From positions 9,155-73,154 of IMG/VR virus record IMGVR_UViG_3300009030_000001: a stretch of 64,000 bases of DNA; one strand, written 5' to 3'. Positions 27,556-36,028 of this stretch are shown here, piece after piece (the first letter of the stretch is position 1; each line of letters opens with the position of its first letter). Made by a program: the position numbers and the translations under genes. The notes under the pieces are model-generated. The model ran no database searches. It was given only the letters and a program-made list of their open reading frames with translations, and had not been told where the DNA came from. The stretch is from a virus.

Positions 27556-28002
27556 ATGACCAAAACGATCGAAACCCTCTCTCCCAACGACACCGGCAAG
27601 GCGCTCCGCGCCGCACTGAAGACGACTTTTCCCGGCGTGAAATTCAGCGTTCGCAAGGACGGCTACAACACTTTCCGGATCCGTTGGACCGATGGACCGA
27701 TGCAAACGGAAGTCGACGTGATCGCGAACGCGTTCCAGGGAACGACCTTCGACGGTTCTACCGACTCGACGATCTACCTCCATACGCAGATCGAATGGAA
27801 TGGCGGGATCTACGAGACCGGCGCCGGATACGTCTTCACTAGCCGCGATCTGAGCGATGGGTGGAAAGCCGCCGCAGAAGAACGCATCCGATTCCTCGGC
27901 TACAACGGCAGCGACTTGGACATGGCTTGCGCCATTCGGATGTTCCTCAACGGGGAGAGCATCGAGAGTGCTGCGCACCACAACCACCTTCAACTGAACT
28001 AG
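27556..28002 (+). CDS. LPD29-domain protein
   Basis: K.LRAALK..FPGVKFSVR......I.WTDGP. Confidence 0.75.
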   Translation: MTKTIETLSPNDTGKALRAALKTTFPGVKFSVRKDGYNTFRIRWTDGPMQTEVDVIANAFQGTTFDGSTDSTIYLHTQIEWNGGIYETGAGYVFTSRDLSDGWKAAAEERIRFLGYNGSDLDMACAIRMFLNGESIESAAHHNHLQLN

Positions 28003-28005
28003 AAC

Positions 28006-28380
28006 ATGAAGACCGTCGAACAACGCGGTCAGGAACCGACACTCGAATGCAAAGGACTCTGCCAGGACTCGTGCGGCCCAGTCCCCATGACCGCGGAACA
28101 GGTGGCGACTCTCCAAGACGCCAGCGGCGAGACCTACAGCGTGAGTCCGTTTCCGATGTTTCCCACCATGTTCATCTTGCAGCTACAGGAAGGTGGCTAC
28201 TGCCCCGCTCTAGATGTCGAGAGTGGCAAGTGCAAGGGCTACGAGGGGCGCCCGAGAATCTGCCGACTGTTCGGTATGGTCGAGAAGATGAAATGTCCAC
28301 ACGGGTGCGAGCCGTCCCGGTGGATCACTGACGAGGAAGCGGCGATCATGATTCCAACCATCATCAGATCGGAGGACTAG
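28006..28380 (+). CDS. YkgJ-like Cys-cluster (Zn or Fe-S) protein
   Basis: CKGLCQDSC...CPAL....C..YE.RP.ICRLFG. Confidence 0.75.
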   Translation: MKTVEQRGQEPTLECKGLCQDSCGPVPMTAEQVATLQDASGETYSVSPFPMFPTMFILQLQEGGYCPALDVESGKCKGYEGRPRICRLFGMVEKMKCPHGCEPSRWITDEEAAIMIPTIIRSED

Positions 28381-28382
28381 CC

Positions 28383-28760
28383 ATGCCACAGGAACCGAAA
28401 CCAGTCTGGTCGGCCCTTCACAAGCTGTGGACGAAGGCCGTCGGTACTCCCGACTACGACAAGAAGGAATGGCAAGCGTTCGAACTGCTCGTCTGCGGGA
28501 CAGATAGGGACGGACTGTCAGCGTATCGGGACGACACGCCCACCGGCAAAAGTCCGGGAGGGTTCCAACTACCGGAGCCATCGGCGAAAGCGAAGGCGGT
28601 CAACGTCCTGAGCGAATTGATCGGCGGCGAGTTCCCGTACGACCCGTCACCGGAGGAGTGCAGGAACCGGGAAGCGTTGATGGACAAGGTATCCGATGCC
28701 GTAGATCACATCATCGCTGCGTCGGTGAATGAAACCCTTGGAAGATTCCGACCGACATAA
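28383..28760 (+). CDS. hypothetical protein
   Basis: RBS GGAGG; LHKLWTKAVG.PDYDKKEW motif. Confidence 0.55.
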   Translation: MPQEPKPVWSALHKLWTKAVGTPDYDKKEWQAFELLVCGTDRDGLSAYRDDTPTGKSPGGFQLPEPSAKAKAVNVLSELIGGEFPYDPSPEECRNREALMDKVSDAVDHIIAASVNETLGRFRPT

Positions 28761-28770
28761 GAGGCAAGAC

Positions 28771-28926
28771 ATGACACACCACCCCCGAGAGTGGCCGAAA
28801 GAACAGGAACCGATCGACTGGGATTACGGCGTCGACCACAAGATGTCAGGCGTGGCGCTGGTCTTGTTGGTGGCGGCGTTCGTTGGGTGCTTTTGGGGAG
28901 TGTCTGGATTCTGGGGGTTCATCTGA
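28771..28926 (+). CDS. small membrane protein
   Basis: One hydrophobic helix at the C-terminus. Confidence 0.4.
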   Translation: MTHHPREWPKEQEPIDWDYGVDHKMSGVALVLLVAAFVGCFWGVSGFWGFI

Positions 28927-28935
28927 TGCAAATTT

Positions 28936-29008
28936 GCCGCCAATGGTTGAGCCGGAGGTCTGCTTTCATCCTCCTGGTGGCGAGGTTCGATTCCTCGCGG
29001 CGGCACCA
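28936..29008 (+). tRNA. atypical tRNA-like RNA (Glu-TTC-like loop, reduced D arm)
   Basis: GCCGCC/GGCGGC acceptor plus A-CCA; T arm GCGAGG-TTCGATT-CCTCGC; GGAGG/CCTCC stem enclosing TCTG-CTTTCAT. Confidence 0.55.
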
Positions 29009-29088
29009 TCTTGAGGTAGCTGTTACCTCTTTACAGCCCAGCCATGGGCGCCATCAATCCACAGGCCCGCAAGGGAAGGAAAACGACA

Positions 29089-29718
29089 ATGGCAGACAAA
29101 GTAGAAAGGCTAGTAATCCCCCGTCCGAATCTCCAAACCATCAAGATTCCGATTCGTGGAACTGCGCCATACGTGCAGCATAAGTTCTCTGCGAAGGTTA
29201 GCCAGGAGATGCTACAAGCGCAGGTGGATGGGGCCAAGTCGAAGAACCGCAAAAAGACAAAGCCGCGCGACGTCGATGCGGACTACGAGAGCGCCATCCA
29301 CTACTCGACGGAGGGGTGGATCGGCATCCCTGCGCCAGCATTCCGTAGCGCGTGCATCCGAGCGTGCAAACTCGTCGGCATCGAGATGACGATGGCTAGA
29401 ATGTCGGTGTTCATCGAGCCCGACGGATTCGATGCTGACGAAGGGACGCCGCTTGTCCGCATCTATGGTAAACCAGAACGGAACGAGTCCCCCGTCCGGA
29501 TCGGACAGGGTACCGTTACCATCGCCATCCGCCCAATGTGGCGAAAGTGGACGGCCAAGGTCAAGGTCACGTTCGATGGCGACCAGTTCTCAGCACAAGA
29601 CGTGCTCAACCTGATGCATCGCGCAGGGCTCCAAGTTGGAGTCGGGGAGGGTCGTCCCTTCTCCAAGAAGAGCGATGGGGTGGGGTGGGGTACCTTCGAA
29701 GTAGATGATACCAAATGA
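29089..29718 (+). CDS. stand-alone RAMP/Cas7-like protein (Vipr-like)
   Basis: N-terminal IRGTAP strand, IPAPAFRS helix motif, C-terminal Gly-rich loop AGLQVGVGEGRP...GWGTFEV; upstream of a GGY-NN array. Confidence 0.72.
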   Translation: MADKVERLVIPRPNLQTIKIPIRGTAPYVQHKFSAKVSQEMLQAQVDGAKSKNRKKTKPRDVDADYESAIHYSTEGWIGIPAPAFRSACIRACKLVGIEMTMARMSVFIEPDGFDADEGTPLVRIYGKPERNESPVRIGQGTVTIAIRPMWRKWTAKVKVTFDGDQFSAQDVLNLMHRAGLQVGVGEGRPFSKKSDGVGWGTFEVDDTK

Positions 29719-30188
29719 TGAACGACGAACAACTGGCAGCCTTGCAGGCTATCTATGACCGCGATGGGAACCTCAAGGCCAGCACTGTGCTGGCCGAGGC
29801 GACTCCGCCGGATGCTCCGTGCCACTCGCTGTTTGAGTGGGATGTGGAGAAGGCGGCACGGGAATTCAACCTCGACATTGCGCGGCAAATATGCCGGACC
29901 GTCGTCATCAGTCATGATGGTTTGGCGGAACGGTTGGTCAACGTCCCATCAATCCGGCGGGAGGGTGAGGAAAGTCAAGAGGGCTACTACCAGTTCCCGG
30001 GTGTGATGGTGCAGGACGAACACGATCGAGCGATGGGTCAGGCGTTGTCGGCGCTGCACGCGGCCCATGAGAATGTCGATGTGCTTGCCAAGGGTCCGAA
30101 GGGTTCACCTAACCTGAGGAAGGCGTTGAAAGGCATCAAGAGGGCTCAGGATCTCCTAGAATCTGAGCGTCAAGGCCCGGCGTCGTGA
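29715..30188 (+). CDS. partner protein of the RAMP-like gene
   Basis: ATGA-coupled; A..PDAPCHSLFEWD..KAA....AR motif; array starts at the base after its stop. Confidence 0.65.
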   Translation: MMNDEQLAALQAIYDRDGNLKASTVLAEATPPDAPCHSLFEWDVEKAAREFNLDIARQICRTVVISHDGLAERLVNVPSIRREGEESQEGYYQFPGVMVQDEHDRAMGQALSALHAAHENVDVLAKGPKGSPNLRKALKGIKRAQDLLESERQGPAS

Positions 30189-30506
30189 GGCTGGGCAAGG
30201 CAGGTACTGCGAGGCACGGCAGGCAATGCGCGGCGTGGCACGGCGAGGCGGGGCAGGGCGTGGCTCGGTCCGGCACGGCACGGCAGGCGGGGCGCGGCGG
30301 GGCCTGGCCCGGCATGGCGAGGCGCGGCACGGCACGGCAGGCGAGGCGGGGCAGGGCGTGGCTCGGTCCGGCACGGCACGGCAGGCGTAGCGCGGTGTGG
30401 ATAGGCAAGGCATGGCGAGGGCGGGCATGGCAAGGCAATGCAGGCATGGCACGGTGTGGCTTGGCAGGGCGCGGTACGGCACGGCTTGGCAAAGCAGGCA
30501 TGGCAT
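30189..30506 (+). repeat. GGY-NN pentamer array, putative guide ncRNA (VIPR-like)
   Basis: About 65 GGC/GGT-type triplets at 5-nt period with variable dinucleotides, punctuated by 4-nt (G/T/A)GCA steps into units. Confidence 0.8.
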
Positions 30507-30759
30507 AGTTTCCCACGACAAATGAACCAAGGTGCAGGCAGCCCAGAACAAATACCGCCGGTCAGGAGCCGGCTTGGCCTATCTGGTTTGCGTCTTCGTT
30601 CGAGGCAAACACCAACCCAATAACGGTGCTGCCTGCACCGACTTCTACGATGATGGATTCGACGAAACCTCAAGATTCCAGTTGAACAAACCAACCTGAC
30701 CCCCATACTGCACACAGGCTGATCGAGTTGGTCAGCTAGAACACGAAAAAGGAACGGCC

Positions 30760-32097
30760 ATGACTGAAGAGACCTTCTCCGACCTGACACTGATCGGGCT
30801 TCGCGTCCGTGATTTCATGCGTGTCAGTCTTGTCGAACTCAAACCGGACGAGTCTGGAACGATCGAACTACGCGGTGCGAATGCTGCTGGCAAGACGAGC
30901 GTGATTTGGGCGATCTGGGCGGCCTTGGGCGGTGGCCGCGTGTCGCCGGATCGACCCATCAAGGAAGGCGCGGAAGAAGCGTCGGTCATGCTCGACTTTG
31001 GTGACATCCTAGTCAAGCGGACCTGGGACGAGACCGGCACCAAGCTCGAAGTGCGACGGTCCAGCGATGGCACCACGATCAAGTCGCCGCAGAAGCTGTT
31101 GGACTCGCTCGTGTCCCAGTTCGTCGACCCGTGCCAGTTCCTCATGCTTCGACCCGAGGATCAGGCCGCGCAGGTTCTCGCCATGACAGGGTTAGCCGAA
31201 CCACTGAGAGAACTGGACGACAAGGAAGAACGGGCGACGGAGGTTCGACGGGATCTTGGTCGAGATATGAAGCGGGCGCAAGGCGCCCACAGAACCGCGG
31301 CGGATGATCTTCCCGCACTCGACAAGGACGCGCCATCCATCTCGGATGCGGCGGTAGCACTGAAGACGGAGACCGATTACTTTTTGCTACACACGTCGGA
31401 GAAGGAGAGTTTGGACTATGCCGTGCGCGACATCGATCGTGTGAAGGGATATATCACGACGCTGACCGAAGAGATCGCAGCGCGGACCACGCAGATTGGC
31501 GAACGCCAAGAGCAGTTGACGCGAACCCAAGGGGCGATTGTCGCGCACACGAAATACCTCGCCGACAATCGCCAACCGGATCTTGACGGTGCGCAGAAGG
31601 CTTTGGACCTTGCAGAGACCCAGGCTGGAGCAGTCGCGGCACACAAGAACGAGAGGGATCTCAACACGGCGTTCTGCGCCGCGAAGAAACTGCACGACGG
31701 CGCCGAACATCGGGTGAAGGAGATTCGGTCGAAGCGCGCAACGATTCTGGAGGGCGCGGAGTTCCCGGTGGCCGCAATGAGCTACGACGCGGACGCGAAG
31801 ACCCTGATGCTCGGAACGGTATCGTTCACGCAGGCGTCCAGCGCGGAACAGTTGAAAGCATCGATTGAGTTAGCCATTGCGGGCAGCCCTGGGATCAAGC
31901 TCCTGTTCGTGCGCGACGCTTCGCTGCTAGATTCGGATTCGCTCACCGTCATTCGAACCATGGCCGCAGAGCGAGGGTACCAAGTCATCCTTGAGATCGT
32001 AGACGAAGACCCGGAAGGCCCAGGCGTGTTCATCGAGGATGGATGCGTACGAGAACAGAGTGAACCAAACAAACCGACACCCAAGGCATATGAGTGA
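30760..32097 (+). CDS. SMC/Rad50-like ABC ATPase with coiled coil
   Basis: Walker A GANAAGKT; long coiled coil; signature SSAEQ; Walker B LFVRDASLLD. Confidence 0.85.
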   Translation: MTEETFSDLTLIGLRVRDFMRVSLVELKPDESGTIELRGANAAGKTSVIWAIWAALGGGRVSPDRPIKEGAEEASVMLDFGDILVKRTWDETGTKLEVRRSSDGTTIKSPQKLLDSLVSQFVDPCQFLMLRPEDQAAQVLAMTGLAEPLRELDDKEERATEVRRDLGRDMKRAQGAHRTAADDLPALDKDAPSISDAAVALKTETDYFLLHTSEKESLDYAVRDIDRVKGYITTLTEEIAARTTQIGERQEQLTRTQGAIVAHTKYLADNRQPDLDGAQKALDLAETQAGAVAAHKNERDLNTAFCAAKKLHDGAEHRVKEIRSKRATILEGAEFPVAAMSYDADAKTLMLGTVSFTQASSAEQLKASIELAIAGSPGIKLLFVRDASLLDSDSLTVIRTMAAERGYQVILEIVDEDPEGPGVFIEDGCVREQSEPNKPTPKAYE

Positions 32098-32869
32098 GCC
32101 AGACAGTCCGATACACATGCTCTCAGAGCGAACCAAGCCCCGCGATACCCACCGAGAATGAGTGAGCCAATCGTTGCGATACTCAGTCACTCCGAACGAG
32201 CCATCCACGTCGACACCCATACCACATGAGCGAACCAACTCCCCCGAAACCCAGAGACGATGAATGAGCCAGACTCTGCGATACCCACAGACGTCGATCG
32301 AACCAGAGACCCAGACACCCAGGCAAGAAGAGTGAGCCATCACGCCCGATACACACCCGTTGAGAGCGAACCACAGCCCTCGATACCCACGCACAGCGAG
32401 TGAACCACGTGAACGAACACCCAAGTGCAACGATTGATCCACACAACCGGCGATCGAGCCAAGGATACTGATGTCCAAATCGTTCGAGCGAGTCAAAGAA
32501 ACAGATACCCACACCATATGAGCGAACCAGCCGACCGGATGCCTAAAACCACAGAGTGAACCATCCAACATGATACCCACCCCCACGGAGTGAGTCAGGA
32601 TCGTTGAAACACAAGGACTCGAAACGAACCACATGCCACGATGCCCAATTCGACAGAGTGAGCCACACCGAGTGACGCCCACTAGGCACGAACGAACCAC
32701 GATGACCGATGCACAGAAAACAAGAGTGAACCAGGGCCACCGATACCCAGATGCGATGAGTGAACCATGAGGGCCGATATCCAAGTCGGGTGAGTGAGCC
32801 AATAGCTGAGATACCCAGACGTCGTGAGCGAACCAGTACGAGCGATACCCAAACAGAACAAGTGAACCA
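32058..32869 (+). repeat. TIGR-like dual-spacer array 1 (23 full 34-nt units, one 20-nt short unit, terminal repeat)
   Basis: GAGYGARCCA-N8-GAYACCCA-N8 at exact 34-nt period (32058, 32092, 32126...); spacers vary between units. Confidence 0.88.
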
Positions 32870-32884
32870 AACAGGATAACAACC

Positions 32885-33997
32885 ATGACCGATACGAGTG
32901 TGCAGACCGCGTTAGACCTGACCCCCGCTGTTCAGCGGATAACGAAGGATCTACGCGAAGCCGTGAAGACCTTGAACGTGCAAGAGGCCCGGTACCTGGT
33001 CGACTACTACTACCAGATGCAGGAGGATCGGAAGCGGTCGGCGAATCAGGAGCGGGCGGTGAAGGACGGCGCTGATACGGAAGGCCCGTCCGGTGCGGTG
33101 GCTTGGCTCGCTGCGCAGGGAAGGTGCATGGAAAGCCGGGTCAGGACGTTCCTGGACATCTACTCCGGCCACCACCCTCTTGGGATCTGGGCCCGATCGA
33201 ACGTGGGAATTGGCCCTGTTATCGCAGCCGGATTGCTCGCGCACATCGACATGGCGCAGGCGCCGACCGCAGGACACATCTGGTCGTTCGCAGGATTGGA
33301 TCCACGGGTGAAGTGGACCGGTGCAACCGAGACGGCGAAGGAACTGGAAGCGTGCCTCGGCGGGCGGCCCGACAAGGTGTCCTACGAGCATCTCGTCATG
33401 GCGTGCGAACACTTCCGGCGCAAGCCAGCCACGATTGAACGCTACGCCAAGCCGCTCAACTGGACGACGTTGGTGAAGGCGCTGAACCGGCGGCCGTGGA
33501 ACACGCCGCTCAAAACTCTGTGCTGGAAGATCGGGGAGAGCTTCTGCAAGGTCTCGGGTAATCCAGACGCCTTCTACGGCAAGCTGTACGCCGAGTACAG
33601 GGTCGAAGAAGACCGGCGGAATATCGCTGGCGAGTACATACAGCAGGCGTATGACAAACTCGAACGCTTCAAGATCGGCAAGGACACCGACGCGCACTTG
33701 TGGTATGCGGGATGCCTTACTTCTGTCAACGCGAAAGACATTCGAAAGGCGGAGTCGAGCAAGCGTATGGGAATGGCGAAGAAACTGGCAGGCGATCCCG
33801 GAAGCGGACAGCCGATGTTGCCACCGGCCCACTTGTTCGCTCGCGCCAAGCGCCGTGTTGTCAAATTATTCCTCAGCCACTATCACCACGTCGGCTACAT
33901 GCTCTCGCACGACGGCGAAGAACCCCCGCGCCCCTGGGCCCTTTGCCAAGGGGGGCATACCCATTTCATCCCGCCGCCCAACCTAGACAAACTGTAG
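32885..33997 (+). CDS. Nop/IS110-C-terminal domain protein without nuclease domain (TasA-like)
   Basis: LVDYYYQMQ..RKR..NQ coiled coil; GIGPVIAAGLL; IWSFAGL; WN..LKTLCW.IGESF; ARAKRR.VKLFLSH; no N-terminal DEDD/RuvC; flanked by arrays. Confidence 0.82.
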   Translation: MTDTSVQTALDLTPAVQRITKDLREAVKTLNVQEARYLVDYYYQMQEDRKRSANQERAVKDGADTEGPSGAVAWLAAQGRCMESRVRTFLDIYSGHHPLGIWARSNVGIGPVIAAGLLAHIDMAQAPTAGHIWSFAGLDPRVKWTGATETAKELEACLGGRPDKVSYEHLVMACEHFRRKPATIERYAKPLNWTTLVKALNRRPWNTPLKTLCWKIGESFCKVSGNPDAFYGKLYAEYRVEEDRRNIAGEYIQQAYDKLERFKIGKDTDAHLWYAGCLTSVNAKDIRKAESSKRMGMAKKLAGDPGSGQPMLPPAHLFARAKRRVVKLFLSHYHHVGYMLSHDGEEPPRPWALCQGGHTHFIPPPNLDKL

Positions 33998-34374
33998 TCA
34001 GAACCCACGACACCCAGGACATCAGAACGAGTCAGTTCGAATGACACACACACGATGAGAACGAGCCATGAAGTAGAATGCACAAAGTTGAGGATCGAGC
34101 CAAGATGAGCGATACCCAAACCCTCTGAGTGAGCCAACCCCTCCGATACTCATCATCTAGGAGCTAGCCACCGTAGGCGATACCCATAACGCAAGATCGA
34201 GCCATGACAGGTAACACCCACAACATTAGATCGAACCACCACTGGTGATACACACTACCTCAGAGTGAGCCATAGGAGTTGATACCCAACATGATCGAAC
34301 GAGCCACTTCTTGAGATGCCCAGAGCCTGAGATCGAGCCAGTCGCCAAGAGACCCATGAGAATCGAGCGAACCA
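33991..34374 (+). repeat. TIGR-like dual-spacer array 2 (11 units plus terminal repeat)
   Basis: Same 10+8+8+8 architecture at 34-nt period (33991, 34025 ... 34365). Confidence 0.88.
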
Positions 34375-34451
34375 CATAACCACATTTGGCACCGGGCAGG
34401 AGTTGACTCTCCTTCTTCCCCTTTTCCCGAACCCTGTCCGGTGCGTTTACC

Positions 34452-34775
34452 ATGACCAACCGCCCAGACCCATCGAGCACCCACATCCGAATCCACATCC
34501 TGTCCATGCTGTCGCCGACTGAACCGAAAGCTGGCGAAGACATCAGGGCCGAAGTTGCATGGGTGCCTTCCGTCGCGGCCTTCCTGAACATGCTTTCTGG
34601 CATGGATGATTGTGACTACGTCGCAACCCACAGAACGCCACGGTCCAGGGATGGACACGGCACAACCGTAAACGAATACACCATCACAGCGCGCGGTCGC
34701 CAAGTTCTAGAGGAGGCTGTCGCCTTCTACGCGGACTTGTCGAAACCAAACGCAAAGGAGACTGAGACGAGATGA
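34452..34775 (+). CDS. PadR-like winged-helix protein
   Basis: C-terminal YTITARGRQVL motif. Confidence 0.55.
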   Translation: MTNRPDPSSTHIRIHILSMLSPTEPKAGEDIRAEVAWVPSVAAFLNMLSGMDDCDYVATHRTPRSRDGHGTTVNEYTITARGRQVLEEAVAFYADLSKPNAKETETR

Positions 34776-35284
34776 CAGCGACCGAAGATATGAAGACGGA
34801 AGAACCGAAGACCGAGAAGCTTGCGAAGATCGATGCGGTGACGTTCCGAATCGAACTCACGCCAGGGATGGATCCGTGCGACGCTGCGGCGAGCGACGAC
34901 AACCGCAAGGTGCGACCACACCGTTTGCTCATCACTGCGAGGAATGGCAAGTGGGAGATCCAAGGTCTAGGTGTTCCAACTACCCGCAAGGGCTTGGACT
35001 ACAAGGCCGGAGACTCCAGGTTGATTCGGTTCTGCGAGGTAACGGCGCAACGGCTGGCCGACTCGTGGATAGAAGAGATCCTGTCGCAAACGGAGATGAG
35101 ATCGTTCGACCTTCCGCCAGCCCCGGTTCCTCTGCTCACGCCCAGCGAGAGCGACAAGATAGGCGTCCTGGGATCCATGTTCGGCGACGACGTCAGCGCA
35201 TGGCCAGCGGAAGTTCGTGAGAAGGCGAAGGCCGATGGTCTGCTCCGCTTCGAGCAGGAAACGTCCGCGCCGAGCCCGGACTGA
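34772..35284 (+). CDS. hypothetical protein
   Basis: RBS AAGGAG; coupled ORF. Confidence 0.5.
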   Translation: MTATEDMKTEEPKTEKLAKIDAVTFRIELTPGMDPCDAAASDDNRKVRPHRLLITARNGKWEIQGLGVPTTRKGLDYKAGDSRLIRFCEVTAQRLADSWIEEILSQTEMRSFDLPPAPVPLLTPSESDKIGVLGSMFGDDVSAWPAEVREKAKADGLLRFEQETSAPSPD

Positions 35285-36015
35285 TGCTGTTCTTCGACCA
35301 ACTACTCGTGGAGGACTGGTTCCCGCTGTTCAACATGCGCGACGGCAAGGAAACCAAGGAACGCGAGATGCCGATGGTGAAGGATGCGGTCGTGTTCGAG
35401 ATCACGAACTGCGCCGACTACCGGACCGAGCATCCGTGCACGGAGCCAATCCTGGGGCGCCGCATCGCGGTTCCTGATGACATCGAAGTGGCATGGTTCG
35501 AGTTCAAGGAGAAGCTGGCGGTTCCAGACGATGCGGTAGGCGCCGTTGAGCACGCCATGACGTCGGGCACCTACACCTCGTTCGGTCACGTCGTCAAGTT
35601 CATCGACCTAGAAGGCGAAGAGGCTCGGAACGACGAGTTTGTCAACCCGTCGCCAGGGTCGAAGTGGTGGATCATCTTCACCGACTTCATGCGCAAGAAG
35701 GTGGGTGGCATGGCACGGATCCTCGGCCCGATCTTCAACTGTCAACTCGTGGTCGGCCATCACGGCGATGTGCAGCACGTCGACTTGGGTCCGTACTTCA
35801 ACCGGGCCCGTTGGAACATGCCTCATCCTGACATCTCGCCGAAGCAGAAGACCGGCGCGAGCAGGATCTGCGAACCGGCGTTGTTTGCGATGCAGATGCT
35901 GGATGAATCGGGGTGCGAAGTGTTTGACCCAACACAGACAGGCCCGTCTCGCACTTACCGGCGCCAACACGGCCGCGACCTGTGCGTATACAACAAGGTG
36001 AGTGTACCAACATGA
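35284..36015 (+). CDS. hypothetical protein
   Basis: 243 aa, TGATG-coupled. Confidence 0.55.
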   Translation: MLFFDQLLVEDWFPLFNMRDGKETKEREMPMVKDAVVFEITNCADYRTEHPCTEPILGRRIAVPDDIEVAWFEFKEKLAVPDDAVGAVEHAMTSGTYTSFGHVVKFIDLEGEEARNDEFVNPSPGSKWWIIFTDFMRKKVGGMARILGPIFNCQLVVGHHGDVQHVDLGPYFNRARWNMPHPDISPKQKTGASRICEPALFAMQMLDESGCEVFDPTQTGPSRTYRRQHGRDLCVYNKVSVPT

Positions 36016-36028
36016 CCAGCGGTAGCCA

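Noticed and set aside
28955-28975. Reading the tRNA-like loop as a UCA (Sec or opal suppressor) anticodon
   Set aside because: The 7-nt loop CTTTCAT centres on TTC, and the RNA lacks the long D and variable arms of tRNA-Sec
30136-30790. Arg/Gly/Ala- or Pro/Cys-rich ORFs on both strands over the pentamer array
   Set aside because: They arise from a stop-poor 5-nt repeat; a 5-nt period does not fit coding selection
31927-32886. 319-aa minus-strand ORF and other ORFs across the 34-nt array
   Set aside because: The 34-nt period is not a multiple of three and the translation only mirrors the repeats
32885-33997. IS110 transposase / insertion sequence call
   Set aside because: No N-terminal DEDD catalytic domain is visible, and the flanks are guide-like arrays rather than IS ends
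34137-34160. Array 2 unit (ACCCCTCC / TCATCTAG) resembling the repeated promoter ACCCCTCCCCTATATTG as a self-target
   Set aside because: Only 13 of 16 positions match and a 1-nt gap is needed; with 34 guides and both strands this level is expected by chance
32058-34374. CRISPR array interpretation
   Set aside because: Repeats are 8-10 nt and degenerate with 8-nt spacers, and there is no cas1/cas2; the layout fits dual-repeat TIGR-type arrays
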